Assembly: GCA_937973685.1 (NCBI GenBank)
Contig: CALJKJ010000042.1
Location: 1,551-65,550, forward strand
Direction of reading: 5' to 3'
Source of the DNA: an uncultured Flavobacteriales bacterium
GTDB taxonomy: Bacteria; Bacteroidota; Bacteroidia; Flavobacteriales_D; Crocinitomicaceae
DNA length: 64,000 nt
The translations under genes were made by a program, and so were the position numbers. Each line of letters starts with the position of its first letter. Positions within the stretch are counted from its first letter, which is position 1. Positions 55,771 to 64,000 of the stretch are shown here, one piece after another. The notes under the pieces are model-generated. The model saw only the letters and a list, made by a program, of their open reading frames with translations. It searched no databases and was not told the DNA's origin.

Positions 55771-58131
55771 CTACCCTGAACACATTTCACAATTGTCTGG
55801 ATTCTCTAATGAACAAGCTAATGCAGCTTGCTGATCTTCCAAGGATTGAGCAGTTGGTTCTTCTACCATGTCTTTGTTCACAGTAAATTTAATCGCATCC
55901 GTTGCTGCTTTTGTACGCAAGTAATACATACCTGTTTTCAAGCCTTTTTTCCATCCGTAAAAGTGCATTGAAGTCAATTTTCCAAAGTTGGCATTTTCCA
56001 TGAAAATATTCAACGATTGTGATTGACAGATGTATGCGCCACGATCAGCTGCTTGTTCAATGATTGCTTTTTGAGAAATTTCCCAAGCTGTTTTGTACAA
56101 GTCTTTGATACGTTGTGGAATCTCATTGATGTTTTGAACTGAACCATTCGATGCCATCAATTTTTGACGCATTTCATTTGTCCAAAGGTTTTCTTTTACC
56201 AAGTCTTTCAATAAGTGTTTGTTAACCACAATAAACTCACCTGACAATACACGACGCGTGTAAATGTTTGATGTGTATGGTTCGAAACACTCGTTATTTC
56301 CTAGGATTTGAGCAGTAGAAGCAGTTGGCATTGGTGCAAGTAATAATGAATTACGAACGCCGTGTTTTTTCACTTCTTCTTTCAATAAATCCCATTCCCA
56401 TCTGTTTGTTGGTGTTACACCCCACATATCGAATTGGAAAATTCCTTGAGATACAGGTGATCCTGCATACGATTCATACGGACCTTCTGCGATAGCTAAA
56501 TCTTTAGAAGCCGTCATTGACGCATAATAAATTGTTTCGAAAATCTCGCGGTTCAATGCACGTGCTTCTTCCGACTCAAACGGGAATCCAAGCATGATAA
56601 ATGCATCTGCCAAACCTTGAACGCCTAATCCAATTGGACGGTGACGTAAGTTTGAGTTTTTCGCTTCTGGAACTGGGTAATAGTTCCCGTCGATAATGCG
56701 GTTCAAGTTTATCGTCGCTTGGTACGTTACTTCAAACAATTTATCGTGATCAAACGTACCTTGTTCCGTTACATATTTTGGCAATGCCAACGAAGCTAAG
56801 TTACAAACAGCCACCTCATCTGGTGCAGTGTACTCCATGATTTCAGTACAAAGGTTCGATGATTTGATTGTTCCTAGATTTTGCTGATTTGATTTTTTGT
56901 TTGCAGCATCTTTGTACAACATGTAAGGCGTACCCGTTTCAATTTGAGATTCCAAAATCTTGAACCACAAATCTTGCGCTTTAATTGTTTTACGTCCTTT
57001 TCCAGCTGCTTCGTACGACAAGTATAATTTTTCAAATTCATCCCCGTACGTATCAGAAAGTCCTGGACATTCGTGCGGACACATCAACGTCCACTCGCCA
57101 TTTTCTTCAACACGTTTCATGAATAAATCTGGAATCCATAACGCGAAGAACAAATCGCGTGCACGCATTTCCTCTTTTCCTGTATTTTTTTTCAAATCCA
57201 AGAAATCGAATACATCTGCATGCCAAGGTTCGATGTACATTGCGAAAGAACCTTTACGTTTTCCTCCACCTTGATCAACGTAACGAGCAGTATCATTGAA
57301 TACACGTAACATTGGTACGATACCGTTTGATGTCCCGTTTGTTCCTTTGATGTATGATCCTGTAGCACGGATATTATGAATAGCTAAACCAATTCCACCA
57401 GCCGACTGAGAAATCTGAGCGCACGATTTCAATGTGTCGTAAATACCTTCAATACTATCTTCTTTCATTGTTAACAAGAAACAAGAAGACATTTGAGGTT
57501 TTGGTGTACCTGCATTAAACAATGTTGGTGTTGCATGCGTGAACCAACCTTCTGACATCAAGTTGTATGTTTTGATAGCAGCAGGCATGTCATTTTTGTG
57601 AATACCTAATGCAACACGCATCAACATTTGTTGCGGACGTTCAACGATAATTCCGTTCACACGTAACAAGTAACTTCTTGTCAACGTTTTGAAACCAAAG
57701 TAATCGTAACGGAAATCGCGGTCATAGATAATACTTGAATCAAGTAAATCTCTGTTTTCGCTAATAACCGCATACACATCTTCAGCAATCAACGATGCAT
57801 TTTGTCCTGTTTTCGGATCGATGTAATTGTATAAATCGTCCATTACTTCCGAAAACGATTTTTTCGTTTCCTTGTGCAAGTTAGAAACCGCAATACGCGA
57901 TGCTAACAAAGCATAATCTGGATGATCCATTGTTTTTCCTGCTGCTACTTCAGCTGCAAGATTATCTAAAACGGTGGTGGTAACACCGTCATAAATTCCC
58001 TCGATAACTCTCATTGCCACTGCTTCTGGCGAAACAAGAGGGTCGAGTCCGTAACACATCTTGATGATGCGTGCAGTGATTTTGTCAAATTTCACTGCTT
58101 CTTTTCTTCCGTCTCTTTTGATAACGTACAT
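55771..58131 (-). CDS. nrdA: Ribonucleotide reductase class Ia alpha subunit with ATP cone
   Basis: VIKRDGR (ATP cone), [32 protein letters not shown]-terminal CxxC (CEMC). Confidence 0.98.
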   Translation of the reverse strand: MYVIKRDGRKEAVKFDKITARIIKMCYGLDPLVSPEAVAMRVIEGIYDGVTTTVLDNLAAEVAAGKTMDHPDYALLASRIAVSNLHKETKKSFSEVMDDLYNYIDPKTGQNASLIAEDVYAVISENRDLLDSSIIYDRDFRYDYFGFKTLTRSYLLRVNGIIVERPQQMLMRVALGIHKNDMPAAIKTYNLMSEGWFTHATPTLFNAGTPKPQMSSCFLLTMKEDSIEGIYDTLKSCAQISQSAGGIGLAIHNIRATGSYIKGTNGTSNGIVPMLRVFNDTARYVDQGGGKRKGSFAMYIEPWHADVFDFLDLKKNTGKEEMRARDLFFALWIPDLFMKRVEENGEWTLMCPHECPGLSDTYGDEFEKLYLSYEAAGKGRKTIKAQDLWFKILESQIETGTPYMLYKDAANKKSNQQNLGTIKSSNLCTEIMEYTAPDEVAVCNLASLALPKYVTEQGTFDHDKLFEVTYQATINLNRIIDGNYYPVPEAKNSNLRHRPIGLGVQGLADAFIMLGFPFESEEARALNREIFETIYYASMTASKDLAIAEGPYESYAGSPVSQGIFQFDMWGVTPTNRWEWDLLKEEVKKHGVRNSLLLAPMPTASTAQILGNNECFEPYTSNIYTRRVLSGEFIVVNKHLLKDLVKENLWTNEMRQKLMASNGSVQNINEIPQRIKDLYKTAWEISQKAIIEQAADRGAYICQSQSLNIFMENANFGKLTSMHFYGWKKGLKTGMYYLRTKAATDAIKFTVNKDMVEEPTAQSLEDQQAALACSLENPDNCEMCSG

Positions 58132-58169
58132 GGTGCGCTCTTAATTTATTCTATTAGTAATTCTATGCT

Positions 58170-59144
58170 TTAAAAATCTTCGTCTAAGCTAAATGGCTGA
58201 GCTTCTTTACCAGACATAACGCCTGCTTTTTGATACTCAGCTACACGTTTTTCGAAGAAATTTGTTTTTCCTTGGATGGAGATCATATCCATAAAATCAA
58301 ATGGATTTGATGTGTTGAACTCACGGTCATTTCCTAATTCTACCAACAATCTGTCAGCTACGAATTCAATGTATTGTTGCATTAAATCTGCGTTCATTCC
58401 GATCAACTTCACTGGAAGTGCGTCAGTTACGAATTCTTTTTCGATTGCAACAGCATCTAAAATGATTTCACGTACTTGTTCTTTTGGCAATTTGTTCACC
58501 AAGTGTTTGGTGTACAACAAACATGCGAAATCACAATGTAACCCTTCGTCACGAGAAATTAACTCATTAGAAAACGACAATCCTGGCATCAATCCGCGTT
58601 TTTTCAACCAATAAATCGAACAAAACGAACCTGAGAAGAAAATTCCTTCAACTGCTGCAAACGCAACCAAACGTTCTGCAAACGAACCGTTGTCTATCCA
58701 ACGCAACGCCCATTCCCCTTTTTTACGAACACAATCGATTGTATCAAGCGCGTTGAACAAATGCGCTTTTTCTTTTGAGTCTTTGATGTACGAATCGATC
58801 AACAACGAATATGTTTCGGAGTGAATGTTTTCGATTGCAACTTGAAAACCGTAAAAGAATTTTGCCTCTGTGTATTGCACTTCTTTCAAGAAATGTTCTG
58901 CTAAGTTCTCGTTAACGATACCATCAGAAGCAGCGAAAAATGCTAAGACATGTTTCACAAAGTGACGTTCGTCATCATTCAATTTCGTTTCCCAATCAAT
59001 TAAGTCAGGAGAAAGGTCGATTTCTTCTGCCGTCCAGAAACTTGCTTCTGCTTTTTTGTAAAATGACCAAATATCATCATGTTGAATTGGAAACAAGACA
59101 AAACGATTGTTGTTTTCTTGTAAAATTGGTTCTAATTGTGCCAT
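58170..59144 (-). CDS. nrdB: Ribonucleotide reductase class Ia beta subunit
   Basis: [36 protein letters not shown]. Confidence 0.98.
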   Translation of the reverse strand: MAQLEPILQENNNRFVLFPIQHDDIWSFYKKAEASFWTAEEIDLSPDLIDWETKLNDDERHFVKHVLAFFAASDGIVNENLAEHFLKEVQYTEAKFFYGFQVAIENIHSETYSLLIDSYIKDSKEKAHLFNALDTIDCVRKKGEWALRWIDNGSFAERLVAFAAVEGIFFSGSFCSIYWLKKRGLMPGLSFSNELISRDEGLHCDFACLLYTKHLVNKLPKEQVREIILDAVAIEKEFVTDALPVKLIGMNADLMQQYIEFVADRLLVELGNDREFNTSNPFDFMDMISIQGKTNFFEKRVAEYQKAGVMSGKEAQPFSLDEDF

Positions 59145-59544
59145 TTAATTGTGTTAAAAAATTATGTCAAAAATTATAATCCACGATGTGTAATTTATCG
59201 TAGCTTATTGGTATTTTTTATTCAAAAACTGTTTATTTCCCTCATTGTATTGGTTTGCAACAGAATGCGCAAACTTGTGTCAATCGGGGCATACAAAAGT
59301 TGTTAAAATTCTTTCATTTCACAACTAAAGAAATTCACAATCCCTCAAGGTTTTCAACATGTGCGGGCTAAAAGCCTTTACCATGAACACTTAACGAGTT
59401 TATCAACATTTGAATTAAAGATATTCACACTAAAACTCAACTATTTCTTTCGTTTTTAGAAATGATACAGTTTTGTAACCCTATCGAAACTTTTATAAAA
59501 TTACGACTGTATTTTACGTATTTTTTTTTATTTTTCGAGAGTTA

Positions 59545-60312
59545 ATGAACACTCAATTGTTGATTAATCCAAAACACACATTAGACGCAGAGATGACGAA
59601 AAAAATCACTCAAAAATTTAACATTTGGAAGAATGATTTCCTCCATTTGTTGTATCCACGGTACTGCATTATTTGCAACATGGACACCCCACAAATTCAA
59701 GCGACAATTTGTCCCGTTTGTAGTAGTGAACTTCACTATTCAAATTATGAAAATTATTTGGAAGCTACGCCCCTAGATAAAATTTTCTGGGGAAGAACGC
59801 ATGTACATCACACGTATGCCTTGTTGTTGTTTGGCAAAGGAAGTGCAACGCAAAAAATACTACACACATTAAAATACAAAGATCGCGCTGATTTAGCCAA
59901 ATACATGGGAAGCGAAATTGGTCGCAGAATCGAACACATGACCCGTTTTCAAGATTTAGACGCGCTAATTCCTGTTCCATTACATCCAAAAAAAGAATTT
60001 ATGCGCGGATACAATCAAGCTGAAAAAATTGCAGATGGCATTGCAGATATTCTTAACATCCCCGTAAACTCAGAACTAATAAAACGTGCTGTCTTCACTG
60101 AAAGCCAGACTAAAAAGGGGCGCCTTTCACGTTGGGACAACGTACAAGATCGTTTTGAAAGCTACCGCAACAAAGGGAAGGCATTCAAACACATTGCGTT
60201 GATAGATGATGTAGTGACGACTGGTGCAACTATCGAAACGTGTATACAAATCCTTCGGAAACAATTTCCTGACGTACAAATTAGCATCTTAACAATCGCT
60301 GTTGCGCAATAA
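59545..60312 (+). CDS. ComF family phosphoribosyltransferase-like protein
   Basis: CIIC...CPVC zinc site, PVPLH, RGYNQ, LIDDVVTTGAT. True start may be 59593. Confidence 0.9.
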   Translation: MNTQLLINPKHTLDAEMTKKITQKFNIWKNDFLHLLYPRYCIICNMDTPQIQATICPVCSSELHYSNYENYLEATPLDKIFWGRTHVHHTYALLLFGKGSATQKILHTLKYKDRADLAKYMGSEIGRRIEHMTRFQDLDALIPVPLHPKKEFMRGYNQAEKIADGIADILNIPVNSELIKRAVFTESQTKKGRLSRWDNVQDRFESYRNKGKAFKHIALIDDVVTTGATIETCIQILRKQFPDVQISILTIAVAQ

Positions 60313-60339
60313 CATTAACTTTGTGTCAAAATTGATGCA

Positions 60340-61392
60340 ATGCACTTTTTAATTGTCGGAGCTGGATTAGCAGGAACAACAGCTGCACACTTGTTACGGG
60401 AACGTGGCTTTACTTTTGAACTACTAGATAGTGGTGAAAATGTTTCCTCTGCTGTAGCAGGTGGCATTATCAATCCGCTTGTTTTTAGGCGCATGACCTT
60501 GAGTTGGCGCTTGGATGAATTTTTACCGGTTGCACTCCGTTTTTTTGAAAAACGTACGCTAGAAATGAACCAACAATTTTATCATGCAGTTCCAATAAGA
60601 CGTTTTTTTGCCAGTGAACAAGAACGAGAGTTTTGGTTGAAAAAGCAAGCCTTACCTGACTTTCAGCCATACATGCAACAACAAACTGCATTCGATGCAG
60701 CTTTTCCAAATCCAAACAATACGTATGGAACTGGTCTTGTTTTACAAAGTGGTTATGTTGATGCCGCTCGTTACACGGAAGCAAATCGGTTGTTTTTTGA
60801 GCAGCTCGGTGTTTTACGCAAAGAGAAAATGGATTACGCGCAACTAGATCCCGTCGCTGGAAGTTACAAAGGTGTTGCTTATGACTGTATTCTTTTTTGT
60901 GAAGGAAAAGATGCGCTGTACAATCCCTGGTTTCGAACCATTCCACTTCAAGCAACAAAAGGAGAAGTGTTAACAATTGACTGCGCGAAAGCTTCACAAG
61001 AAGAATCCTACAACCGTAAATGTTTCATGATGCCGATTGGCAATCACCAATTTCGCGTTGGCTCGACCTATGATTGGGATGTAGACAATACTACTCCAAC
61101 AGAACTTGGTAAAAAAACAATCACCGATAATTTAGCATCCATCTTAACTGATGCTTACACAATCTCTTCGCATCATGCTGGCGTTCGACCAACCATAAAA
61201 GATCGCCGACCTGTACTTGGAAGGCATCCGCATTTTCCAAAATTGTCAATCGGAAATGGATTAGGCGCAAAAGGATACATGTTAGCACCGTTAATCCTAG
61301 AAGAATTGTTGAATCACCTAATTGACGGGGCTCCGGTTCATCCAGAAACACGCATCGAACGGTTTCAATTCCCAGAGAAAGTTGGGGAATAA
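60340..61392 (+). CDS. FAD-dependent oxidoreductase (DAO/glycine oxidase-like)
   Basis: VGAGLAG, KGEVL, VGSTY, AGVRP...DRRP, NGLGAKG. Confidence 0.82.
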   Translation: MHFLIVGAGLAGTTAAHLLRERGFTFELLDSGENVSSAVAGGIINPLVFRRMTLSWRLDEFLPVALRFFEKRTLEMNQQFYHAVPIRRFFASEQEREFWLKKQALPDFQPYMQQQTAFDAAFPNPNNTYGTGLVLQSGYVDAARYTEANRLFFEQLGVLRKEKMDYAQLDPVAGSYKGVAYDCILFCEGKDALYNPWFRTIPLQATKGEVLTIDCAKASQEESYNRKCFMMPIGNHQFRVGSTYDWDVDNTTPTELGKKTITDNLASILTDAYTISSHHAGVRPTIKDRRPVLGRHPHFPKLSIGNGLGAKGYMLAPLILEELLNHLIDGAPVHPETRIERFQFPEKVGE

Positions 61393-61491
61393 GTTGCATG
61401 CATTACGACAAATACATAAAATTGGTTAAAAGCAGTAAAAATTGAAAACAAACGAATTAAATGAATTAAATTTGCGTAAAAAATAATAGAT

Positions 61492-61905
61492 ATGTATCCG
61501 GCAGAACTCGTAAAACCAATGAAAGAAGACCTTACGAATGTAGGTTTTGTTCAATTAGAAACAGCAGCAGCTGTTGACCAAGCAATCCCAACAAGTGAAG
61601 GAGTAACGTTAGTCGTTGTGAATTCAGTTTGTGGATGTGCAGCAGGTAATTTACGTCCAGGCGTGAAATTATCGTTGAAAAATGAAAAAACGCCCGCTCA
61701 TCTATACACTGTTTTTGCAGGAGTTGATACGGAAGCAACACAACAAGCAAGAAATTACTTTTTGCCATTTCCTCCGTCTTCTCCATCAGTGGCGTTGTTC
61801 AAGGATGGTAAACTAATTCATTTTTTAGAAAGACATAATATCGAAGGTGTTACAGCGGCAATGATTGCTGAAAATTTAGCTGCAGCATACGACGAATTTT
61901 GTTAA
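61492..61905 (+). CDS. Bacilliredoxin (BrxA/BrxB family)
   Basis: NSVCGCAAG (CGC motif), TVFAGVD, PPSSPSVALFKDG. Confidence 0.93.
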   Translation: MYPAELVKPMKEDLTNVGFVQLETAAAVDQAIPTSEGVTLVVVNSVCGCAAGNLRPGVKLSLKNEKTPAHLYTVFAGVDTEATQQARNYFLPFPPSSPSVALFKDGKLIHFLERHNIEGVTAAMIAENLAAAYDEFC

Positions 61906-61927
61906 TCCCAACTTATTAAACAACTAA

Positions 61928-61961
61928 AGGCTTCAAAGGGAACTTTGAGGTCTTTTTTTTT
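61928..61961 (+). terminator. Intrinsic terminator after the bacilliredoxin gene
   Basis: AGGCTTCAAAG-ggaa-CTTTGAGGTCT followed by a long T run. Confidence 0.78.
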
Positions 61962-61969
61962 AGCTTACT

Positions 61970-62743
61970 ATGTTTATCGATACGCATACACATTTGAATT
62001 CGGAACAGTTTGATACTGACCGAAATGACGTTATTCAACGTGCTATTCGTGACGGCGTTTCACGCTTTTACATCCCAAATGTAGATCTCGCTTCGATAGC
62101 TGGGATGCATGCGTTAGAAAACGCTTTTCCCAACCATTGTTTTGGCATGATGGGACTTCACCCGTGTTCCGTTGGTGCAGATTGGGAAGCGGTTTTAGCT
62201 ACCATGAAGGAATATTTGGACCAGCGTTCTTACGTCGCAATTGGTGAAATTGGCATCGATTTGTATTGGGACAAAACAACCTTTCCTGAGCAACAAGCTG
62301 CTTTCCGAACCCAAGTAAAATGGGCGAAAGCAATGAATTTGCCAATTGTCATTCATGCGCGTGATTCTTTTCAAGAGATTTACGAAATTTTAGACGAAGA
62401 AAATGACGCAACGTTACGCGGAATTTTTCATTGCTTTACAGGAAACGTGGAAGATGTGAAAAAGATTGACGCTTACGGAGGCTTTTTATTTGGAATTGGC
62501 GGTGTAGTAACCTATAAAACTTCCGATTTGCCAACTGTTATTCCTGCAATTCCAAGCGATAAATTGGTATTGGAAACTGACGCGCCTTATTTACCTCCTG
62601 TTCCTTACCGAGGTAAACGAAACGAGAGTAGTTACCTTGTTCATACCGCAGAAAAGGTTGCAACAATTTTAGATCTTCCCCTTACCGAATTAGCTGCACT
62701 CACGACAAAAAATGCACTGCGCCTTTTTCAACCAGAAAAATAA
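61970..62743 (+). CDS. tatD: TatD family hydrolase
   Basis: DTHTH, GLHP, GEIG, IHAR, HCF, ETDAPY. Confidence 0.93.
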   Translation: MFIDTHTHLNSEQFDTDRNDVIQRAIRDGVSRFYIPNVDLASIAGMHALENAFPNHCFGMMGLHPCSVGADWEAVLATMKEYLDQRSYVAIGEIGIDLYWDKTTFPEQQAAFRTQVKWAKAMNLPIVIHARDSFQEIYEILDEENDATLRGIFHCFTGNVEDVKKIDAYGGFLFGIGGVVTYKTSDLPTVIPAIPSDKLVLETDAPYLPPVPYRGKRNESSYLVHTAEKVATILDLPLTELAALTTKNALRLFQPEK

Positions 62744-62794
62744 ACTTGTGTTTTCAAGAAATTCAAGCAACTTTGTACTGTTAAAACAAAGTGC

Positions 62795-63820
62795 ATGAAA
62801 ACAACCCCACACGTTCTTGTAATTTACACAGGTGGTACAATTGGAATGGTCAATGACCCGTTAACAGGTTCATTAACGCCCTTTGATTTTGGTGATGTGT
62901 ACAAACATATCCCAGAATTAGCACGCTTAAACGTGCAATTGACAACCCATGCCTTTGAACGCCCAATCGATTCTTCTGAAATGCAACCAAGTTATTGGAA
63001 AACGATGGCGGAATTGATTGATCAGCGTTACAACGAATTTGATGGTTTTGTTATCCTACACGGATCAGACACCATGGCTTTTTCTGCATCTGCACTCAGT
63101 TTCATGTTACAAGGCATTCAAAAACCTGTGATTTTTACTGGTTCACAATTGCCTATCGGAACCATTCGTACAGATGGAAAAGAAAACCTCATCACAGCTA
63201 TTGAAATAGCGGCAGACAAAAACGAAGATGGTTCTGCAAAAATTCAAGAAGTGGCCATTTATTTTGAATACTCCTTGTATCGTGGCAACCGAACATCCAA
63301 AATATCAGCATCCTCGTTTGAGGCTTTTCGCTCACCTAATTTACAGCCTTTAGCCATTGCAGGTGTTCACATTGATTACAAAGAAAGCGGTTTGAAAGGA
63401 AGCGGTGAACTTGCTTTGTTTACGGACTTCGATTCGTCAGTTGGATTGATCAAATTGTTCCCAGGATTGGATTGGAACAGTTATTCGTTGTTTTTTCAGC
63501 CGACTGTTTTCAAAGCAATCGTATTGGAAACTTATGGATCAGGAAACGCACCTTCTGACAAACGTTTTCAGGAATTAGTGTTGGGATATATCGCGCAAGG
63601 CGGAGTCGTTTTGAACACAACACAATGTGCAACAGGAATGGTCGAGCAAGGCAAATACGAAACGAGTTCATTTTTTGAGAAACACGGAGTTATTTCGGGG
63701 AAAGATTTAACAACGGAAGCAGCGGTAACAAAAATGATGTACGTCTTGGGGAAAGCAAAAGGTGACATGCAGCAAATCAAACAGTTGTTGACCAGCAATC
63801 TTTGCGGCGAACAAAATTAA
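62795..63820 (+). CDS. ansA: L-asparaginase, type I (cytoplasmic)
   Basis: YTGGTIGM, DSSEM, HGSDT, TGSQLP, ETYGSGN, EAAVTK. Confidence 0.9.
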   Translation: MKTTPHVLVIYTGGTIGMVNDPLTGSLTPFDFGDVYKHIPELARLNVQLTTHAFERPIDSSEMQPSYWKTMAELIDQRYNEFDGFVILHGSDTMAFSASALSFMLQGIQKPVIFTGSQLPIGTIRTDGKENLITAIEIAADKNEDGSAKIQEVAIYFEYSLYRGNRTSKISASSFEAFRSPNLQPLAIAGVHIDYKESGLKGSGELALFTDFDSSVGLIKLFPGLDWNSYSLFFQPTVFKAIVLETYGSGNAPSDKRFQELVLGYIAQGGVVLNTTQCATGMVEQGKYETSSFFEKHGVISGKDLTTEAAVTKMMYVLGKAKGDMQQIKQLLTSNLCGEQN

Positions 63821-63842
63821 TCGGAAACTAAGATAATTTATG

Positions 63843-63850
63843 TATTTTTG
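63843..63850 (+). promoter_or_regulatory. -7 box for tRNA-Ser (TATTTTTG)
   Basis: Exact TAnnTTTG match 17 nt upstream of the tRNA. Confidence 0.65.
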
Positions 63851-63867
63851 TCGTCCACAAAACACAT

Positions 63868-63954
63868 AGAGAGGTGTCCGAGTGGTTGAAGGAGCTACCC
63901 TGGAAAGGTAGTATACGGGTAACTGTATCGAGAGTTCGAATCTCTTCCTCTCTG
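63868..63954 (+). tRNA. tRNA-Ser (anticodon GGA)
   Basis: Acceptor AGAGAGG/CCTCTCT, anticodon arm CTACC-CTGGAAA-GGTAG, long variable arm ATACGG-GTAA-CTGTAT, T loop GTTCGAAT, discriminator G; CCA not encoded. Confidence 0.96.
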
Positions 63955-63971
63955 CGAAAATCAAATTATTA

Positions 63972-64000
63972 AAACCTGTAAAAATTAACTTTTACAGGTT
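63972..64000 (+). terminator. Probable terminator hairpin after the tRNA (cut by the window end)
   Basis: AACCTGTAAA...TTTACAGGTT inverted repeat. Confidence 0.65.

Noticed and set aside
55771-59144. Intein or intron in nrdA or nrdB
   Set aside because: Both are of normal length (786 and 324 aa) with continuous motifs and no homing-endonuclease sequence.
23-63964. The many 60-170 aa ORFs in the track that overlap real genes on the opposite strand or in other frames
   Set aside because: They lie wholly within well-supported genes, show no motifs, and are the expected by-product of codon bias.
63707-63964. 85-aa minus-strand ORF over the tRNA
   Set aside because: It is the antisense reading of tRNA-Ser and the ansA 3' end.
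63868-64000. tRNA-Ser as an integration site for an island
   Set aside because: No integrase or duplicated tRNA 3' end within the window; the sequence beyond 64000 is not visible, so this is untestable here.
1-64000. CRISPR array, IS element, prophage or defence island
   Set aside because: No regularly spaced repeats, transposase, integrase or phage-like ORFs seen; almost all bases are assigned to housekeeping or envelope genes.

Overview
An AT-rich, gene-dense window of core chromosome from a Bacteroidota bacterium. The evidence for that assignment is TAnnTTTG promoters, T9SS genes, and IPExxxVDY, LETM1-like and DUF6427-like proteins. A Flavobacteriales lineage such as Crocinitomicaceae/Fluviicola is my inference only. 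Contents in order: acpP-fabF-rnc-IPExxxVDY-pyk, purN-marC, purH-mreB, a CotH-kinase T9SS type-B cargo with an adjacent PorP/SprF gene, mreC-mreD-mrdA-rodA, a small polysaccharide locus, rimP-nusA-infB, purQ-purD, maeB-ruvA-sprA, an Omp28/TlpA/DUF6029-like cluster, BCCP, an M1 aminopeptidase, a 1147-aa outer-membrane protein, nrdB-nrdA, comF, an FAD oxidoreductase, bacilliredoxin, tatD, asparaginase and tRNA-Ser(GGA). I saw no mobile element, prophage or CRISPR array. Best leads: (1) a five-gene cluster in which every protein carries a cysteine pair and which could form a thiol-disulfide relay across the outer membrane (periplasmic TlpA, a beta-barrel with a lone CVGGVC, a CxxC Omp28 lipoprotein, T9SS-secreted cysteine proteins); (2) a half-size protein whose N-terminal half looks colinear with the T9SS translocon SprA; (3) a T9SS-exported CotH-type kinase paired with its own PorP; (4) a permuted purH-mre operon; (5) a strong Shine-Dalgarno at infB, plus several apparently leaderless genes. 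All family calls come from motif recognition by eye; no database search was run.
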